From assembly GCA_002450335.1 (NCBI GenBank), contig DJZB01000063.1, positions 1,971 through 65,970 of the forward strand: DNA of 64,000 nucleotides, given 5' to 3'. A program made the position numbers and the translations under genes. The notes below the pieces were generated by a model that was not told where the DNA came from, ran no database searches, and saw only the letters and a program-made list of their open reading frames with translations. Each line of letters opens with the position of its first letter. Position 1 is the stretch's first letter. Positions 60,306 to 64,000 of this stretch are shown here, in pieces. Source of the stretch: Rhodobiaceae bacterium UBA6963 (GTDB lineage: Bacteria > Pseudomonadota > Alphaproteobacteria > RS24).

Positions 60306-62129
60306 TTATATGACCTGAAGATTTCCTTTACCTTCCCCAAATTGCAGATTGGCAAGTCTTTGGTAAAGGCCTTCCTGTTCGAGCAATTGCGCGTGTGTCC
60401 CTGTCGCGATGACCTTGCCACCATCCATCACTATAATCCGGTCAGCTTTGAGAACAGTAGCAAGACGGTGAGCAATCACAAGTGTGGTACGCCCCTCCAT
60501 TAAGCGTTCCAATGCCGTCTGAACAACTTTTTCACTTTCAGCATCCAGCGCCGAAGTTGCTTCATCCAATAATAGTAGCGGTGCATTCCTTAAAATAGCG
60601 CGGGCAATGGCAATCCGCTGGCGCTGGCCACCACTAAGCGTTACCCCGCGTTCGCCAAGCTTCGTGTCATAGCCTTCAGGCAATTGTCTGACAAATTCAT
60701 CTGCCAACGCTTTATCAGCCGCGGCATATACTTCATTGGCCGTAGCTGAGGGACGTCCAAACAGAATATTTTGATAAACAGTGTCAGCAAAAATTACGGT
60801 CTCCTGCGGGACAATGGAAATCTGCTGGCGAATATCTAATGGATCAGCTTGCTGAAGGTTTACATCATCAAGTCCAACAAAGCCTGTTGACGGGTCATAG
60901 AAACGCATAAGAAGCTGAAAAACAGTACTTTTACCTGCTCCTGAGGGCCCGACCAAAGCTACTGTTTCCCCGGGCGACACGGAGAATGAAAACCCGTCTA
61001 AGGCAGCAATTTGTGGGCGCGTCGGGTAATGAAAAGTCACATCTTTAAAGTCAACATGGCCATTAACACGTGCCGGCATATTGACCGGATTTTGAGGTGC
61101 TTTGATTTGAGGCTCTACCTCAAGAATTTCAACCAGACGTTCGGTAGCGCCTGCAGCGAGTTGAATATCTCCCCAAACCTCAGAAAGAGCTGCAATCGCT
61201 GTCGAACATAAAATTGCATAAATGATAAACTGTCCGAGCGTGCCGCTGGTCATATCTCCCATTACGACCTTTTGAGCGCCGAGCCATAAAATCCCCACGA
61301 CACCGGCAAATACCAGCGTAAATGCAAGCGCCGTCAATAAAGATCGCGCCATGACCCGCATCTTCGCCGTGGCAAAAGAATTTTCAACAATCTCTGAAAA
61401 TTTGCGTCGATCTTCTTCCTCATGCGTAAATGCTTGTACGACTTGAATGGACTGAATTGTTTCTGATGCCATCGCGCTGGTGTCTGCAATTCTGTCCTGA
61501 CTGGCACGAGATAATCGGCGCACCATCCGCCCAAATAAAATCATGGGTACAATTATCATCGGCAAAATCAGAACCGCGAGACTGCTCAGAGACAGGCTGG
61601 TGATGCTCAACATAACTGCAGCACCGATGAACATAAAAATATTTCTTAAGGCGATTGAAGCAGAGGAGCCTACGACGGTTTTAATCAATGTTGTATCAGC
61701 GGTAAGCCGGGACAACACCTCTCCGGTTTTTGTTACTTCAAAAAAGGAAGGGCTAAGCTTTGTAATATGTGTATAAACCGCCAGACGTAAGTCGGAGGTT
61801 ACACGTTCCCCCAACCATGAAACAAAATAAAATCGTGAAGCACTTGCAATGCCAATCACCACCGCGACAGCCATCATGGCCTTGAAATAAATATCCACTG
61901 CCGCAGCGTCTGTACCTGAAAAGCCGTTATCAATGACATAACGCACCGCCACTGGAAGCGTTAGGGTTGACGCTGCCGCGAGCACCAGTGAAACAAAAGC
62001 TCCAAATACCCGCCATGGATATTGCAGTATAAATGGCATAAGAGCTTTAAGCGGCTGGACGTTTTTGGATTTCTGCCTCCGGCGCGCCTGCTCTTCTAAT
62101 TTTTCTGCTGGATGAACACTGTCTGACAT
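60306..62129 (-). CDS. ABC transporter, fused permease/ATP-binding protein (ABCB exporter type)
   Basis: Six-TM N-terminal half, Walker [10 protein letters not shown], signature [14 protein letters not shown], Walker [13 protein letters not shown]. Confidence 0.92.
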   Translation of the reverse strand: MSDSVHPAEKLEEQARRRQKSKNVQPLKALMPFILQYPWRVFGAFVSLVLAAASTLTLPVAVRYVIDNGFSGTDAAAVDIYFKAMMAVAVVIGIASASRFYFVSWLGERVTSDLRLAVYTHITKLSPSFFEVTKTGEVLSRLTADTTLIKTVVGSSASIALRNIFMFIGAAVMLSITSLSLSSLAVLILPMIIVPMILFGRMVRRLSRASQDRIADTSAMASETIQSIQVVQAFTHEEEDRRKFSEIVENSFATAKMRVMARSLLTALAFTLVFAGVVGILWLGAQKVVMGDMTSGTLGQFIIYAILCSTAIAALSEVWGDIQLAAGATERLVEILEVEPQIKAPQNPVNMPARVNGHVDFKDVTFHYPTRPQIAALDGFSFSVSPGETVALVGPSGAGKSTVFQLLMRFYDPSTGFVGLDDVNLQQADPLDIRQQISIVPQETVIFADTVYQNILFGRPSATANEVYAAADKALADEFVRQLPEGYDTKLGERGVTLSGGQRQRIAIARAILRNAPLLLLDEATSALDAESEKVVQTALERLMEGRTTLVIAHRLATVLKADRIIVMDGGKVIATGTHAQLLEQEGLYQRLANLQFGEGKGNLQVI

Positions 62130-62278
62130 TAATAATCCTTACGGAAGATATATAATATTTTGTTCGTTATGAAACAATTTGAAGTTTGAAAAAACTGTTT
62201 TATTCAATCTCCAACGCTTGCATAGACCGCATCTAATCGGTATAAGGCAACATAAATTACGAGACGATTGGTTAAGTT

Positions 62279-62503
62279 ATGAAAAAAGATATTCATCCAG
62301 ACTATCACATGATTAAAGTTGTGATGACAGACGGTTCCACTTTTCAGACACGCTCAACATATGGTTCTGAGGGTGATACGTTGACTTTGGATATTGATCC
62401 ATCGACACATCCTGCATGGACAGCTGGTTCAACCCAGATTGTTGACCGTGCCGGTCGTGTGAGCCGCTTTAACAAAAAATTCGACAGCTTTCTGGGCGAA
62501 TAA
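62279..62503 (+). CDS. rpmE: 50S ribosomal protein L31
   Basis: 74 aa. [10 protein letters not shown] opening and C-terminal [10 protein letters not shown]. Confidence 0.95.
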   Translation: MKKDIHPDYHMIKVVMTDGSTFQTRSTYGSEGDTLTLDIDPSTHPAWTAGSTQIVDRAGRVSRFNKKFDSFLGE

Positions 62504-62521
62504 AGCATTACCTTTTATTCT

Positions 62522-62710
62522 CTAAGCTTTAAAAAGGGCTTCTGCTTCTGCGCGGGAGCCCTTTTTGCTTTCCAAAACAGCTTTGACGCGTTCAATTTCA
62601 GTTTTGAGCACAGAAATTCTTTCTTCGAGCTCCTCTAACCCTAAAAGCTCTAAATCCTCAGTGACCAGAGCAGAAAGAGTATCGCTTTTTGGTACAATTT
62701 CTTCTTCCAT
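62522..62710 (-). CDS. DUF1192 domain protein
   Basis: 62 aa. The LELLGLEELEERISVLKTEIERVKAVLESKKGSRAEAEALFK coiled-coil pattern is typical of DUF1192. Confidence 0.75.
   Translation of the reverse strand: MEEEIVPKSDTLSALVTEDLELLGLEELEERISVLKTEIERVKAVLESKKGSRAEAEALFKA
62531..62566 (+). terminator. candidate (bidirectional) intrinsic terminator after rpmE, embedded in the 3' end of the convergent DUF1192 gene
   Basis: AAAAAGGGCT/AGCCCTTTTT 10-bp stem with a 16-nt loop. A-tract/T-tract arms give a U-run on both strands. It lies 28 nt after the rpmE stop. Confidence 0.45.
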
Positions 62711-62877
62711 TACAAGCTAACCCTATCATTTGATTGAATAATCTGGCAAGACACCAAACATGAACAACAAATGCATAAATTTCTTTTCTGAAATCTTAAA
62801 CTGTCCTATAAAGACGCATTCCTAACTTTGTGGATATTTTATCTTTGGAGCCCACCGGTTCTAAAAAAGGAGCAAAT

Positions 62878-63642
62878 ATGTCTTTTCCACTCATGCCCAA
62901 AGCAACGGCTGTATGGCTGATAGATAACACAGCACTCAGTTTTGACCAGATTGCTGATTTTTGCGGATTACATTCATTGGAAGTCAAAGGCATTGCAGAT
63001 GGCGATGTCGCGCAAGGCATCAAAGGTCTTGATCCAATCAGTAACGGTCAAGTGACTCGTGATGAGTTGGAAAGATGCCAACAAGACCCTGAGTCGCGCC
63101 TAAAACTCTCTGAAAGCAGAAGTAATTTGCCCGAGCAAAAACAGAAAAAAGGCGCAAAATATACGCCCCTCTCTAAGAGACAGGAACGCCCGGACGCTAT
63201 TTATTGGCTTGTGCGCAATCACCCGGAACTTAATGATGCCCAAGTCAGCCGCCTGATCGGTACAACAAAGCCAACAATTCAGTCCATCCGTAACCGTGAT
63301 CACTGGAATATGGGGAGCCTGAAACCCGTCGACCCGGTCACATTGGGTTTGTGCAAGCAAATTGACCTGGATACAGAAGTTGAAAAAGCTGCCAAGCGCG
63401 TCGCTCGCCAGCAGAAAAAATTGAACAAAACAGCCACTTCAGATGTCACGCTCATGCCCGCAGATACAGTTCTAGAGCCTGAAATGCCGACTTATGAAGA
63501 GGATAAACCACTTCCAAGCGCAGAGCCTTCAGATGTCTTTGGCCAAAGCCCAACCCCTGAAAGCCAGCCCGCAGAAGAGGAAGTTCCCAGCGCGGAGACT
63601 GTTTTCGGCAATTTCGGCACCTCAACGGATGAAGAAAACTAG
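62878..63642 (+). CDS. DUF1013 domain protein (annotated in some databases as cell-cycle transcriptional regulator TrcR)
   Basis: The PLMPKATAVWLIDNTALSFDQIADFCGLHSLEVKGIADG N-terminus is characteristic. ATG at 62878 follows AAGGAG; the track start 62830 is GTG. Acidic, low-complexity C-terminus. Confidence 0.8.
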   Translation: MSFPLMPKATAVWLIDNTALSFDQIADFCGLHSLEVKGIADGDVAQGIKGLDPISNGQVTRDELERCQQDPESRLKLSESRSNLPEQKQKKGAKYTPLSKRQERPDAIYWLVRNHPELNDAQVSRLIGTTKPTIQSIRNRDHWNMGSLKPVDPVTLGLCKQIDLDTEVEKAAKRVARQQKKLNKTATSDVTLMPADTVLEPEMPTYEEDKPLPSAEPSDVFGQSPTPESQPAEEEVPSAETVFGNFGTSTDEEN

Positions 63643-63803
63643 ACCTTTAAACGTTCCATTTCTTCTTTGATGCGGAGTTTCTTAAGTTTTAAGTCATTCA
63701 GCATCAACTGATCCGGATTAGGCCGATTTGTTTCATTTTTAATTTTGCTTTCCAATTCTGCATGGCGTTCATGTAGTTTTGAAAATCGTGCTTCACTCGT
63801 CAT
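63639..63803 (-). CDS. DUF465 (YdcH-like) small coiled-coil protein
   Basis: Below the ORF-track cutoff. My translation is MTSEARFSKLHERHAELESKIKNETNRPNPDQLMLNDLKLKKLRIKEEMERLKV (54 aa), matching the DUF465 pattern (L..H..L...I.......P.D...L..LKK.KL.LKDE). Its stop overlaps the DUF1013 stop convergently. Confidence 0.7.
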   Translation of the reverse strand: MTSEARFSKLHERHAELESKIKNETNRPNPDQLMLNDLKLKKLRIKEEMERLKV

Positions 63804-63963
63804 TTACAAACATCCTATTCACTCAGCTAGATTGCCAGAGCCATTTCATGTTGTCGAATCTGACTGTGGATAAATTCTGCACGCTGGGCACACGTAGGAA
63901 AAACTTGCCAAAAAGTAATTTATACTGTTAATTCCGTCTTTCTTCTGAAACCGGAGATAAACT

Positions 63964-64000
63964 ATGTCGCAAGCACTTGTTTCAATCATTATGGGCAGCC
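63964..64000 (+). CDS. purE: probable start of 5-(carboxyamino)imidazole ribonucleotide mutase PurE (only 12 codons in window)
   Basis: ATG at 63964 follows GGAGA. MSQALVSIIMGS resembles the PurE N-terminal (V/I)xI(I/V)MGS motif. It is truncated by the window edge, so the call is weak. Confidence 0.4.
   Translation, partial: MSQALVSIIMGS

Overview
This window looks like a core chromosomal segment of a moderately AT-rich alphaproteobacterium. Markers seen by eye are DUF1013, DUF1192, DUF465, DUF1491, DUF2849/DUF934 and cycHJKL-type ccm genes next to an OmpR/HK pair. Bases 1-12.4 kb hold a complete, tightly overlapping dcw cluster on the minus strand (mraZ-rsmH-ftsL-ftsI-murE-murF-mraY-murD-ftsW-murG-murC). 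It is preceded by a 10-bp-phased TGGGA repeat array and by RNase P RNA. Bases 13-21 kb hold an amidase, gph and a beta-oxidation-like cluster with paired acyl-CoA dehydrogenases. Bases 21-34 kb hold cobA, a PMM/PGM, TauE, then an overlapping RR-HK-glnE(-dusA) operon and ccmIEFH. Bases 34-40 kb hold an ABC importer and a DUF2849-cysI-DUF934 sulfite reductase module. Bases 40-64 kb hold mixed housekeeping genes (dadA-like, mscS, sufE, msrB, ptrB, tRNA-Gln(UUG), pdxH, fabI, aroC, thiE, efp, suhB, rpmE, purE start). I saw no CRISPR array, IS element, integrase, rRNA or recognisable defence genes. The least ordinary parts are three. First, a translationally coupled DnaA-domain-IV-only HTH plus DUF6456-like pair that reproduces the split GafY/GafZ (GafA-type) gene-transfer-agent activator architecture; it sits next to a very AT-rich divergent region and an orphan winged-helix gene. 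Second, a frame-split, apparently chimeric ORF pair between ccmI and the ABC importer that looks like a relic of GTA/phage packaging genes. Third, the MraZ-operator-like array. I found no convincing evidence for an entirely new system. All family assignments come from motif recognition by eye and need HMM/BLAST confirmation. Several ORF-track starts are TTG/GTG extensions, and I moved them to RBS-supported starts where stated.
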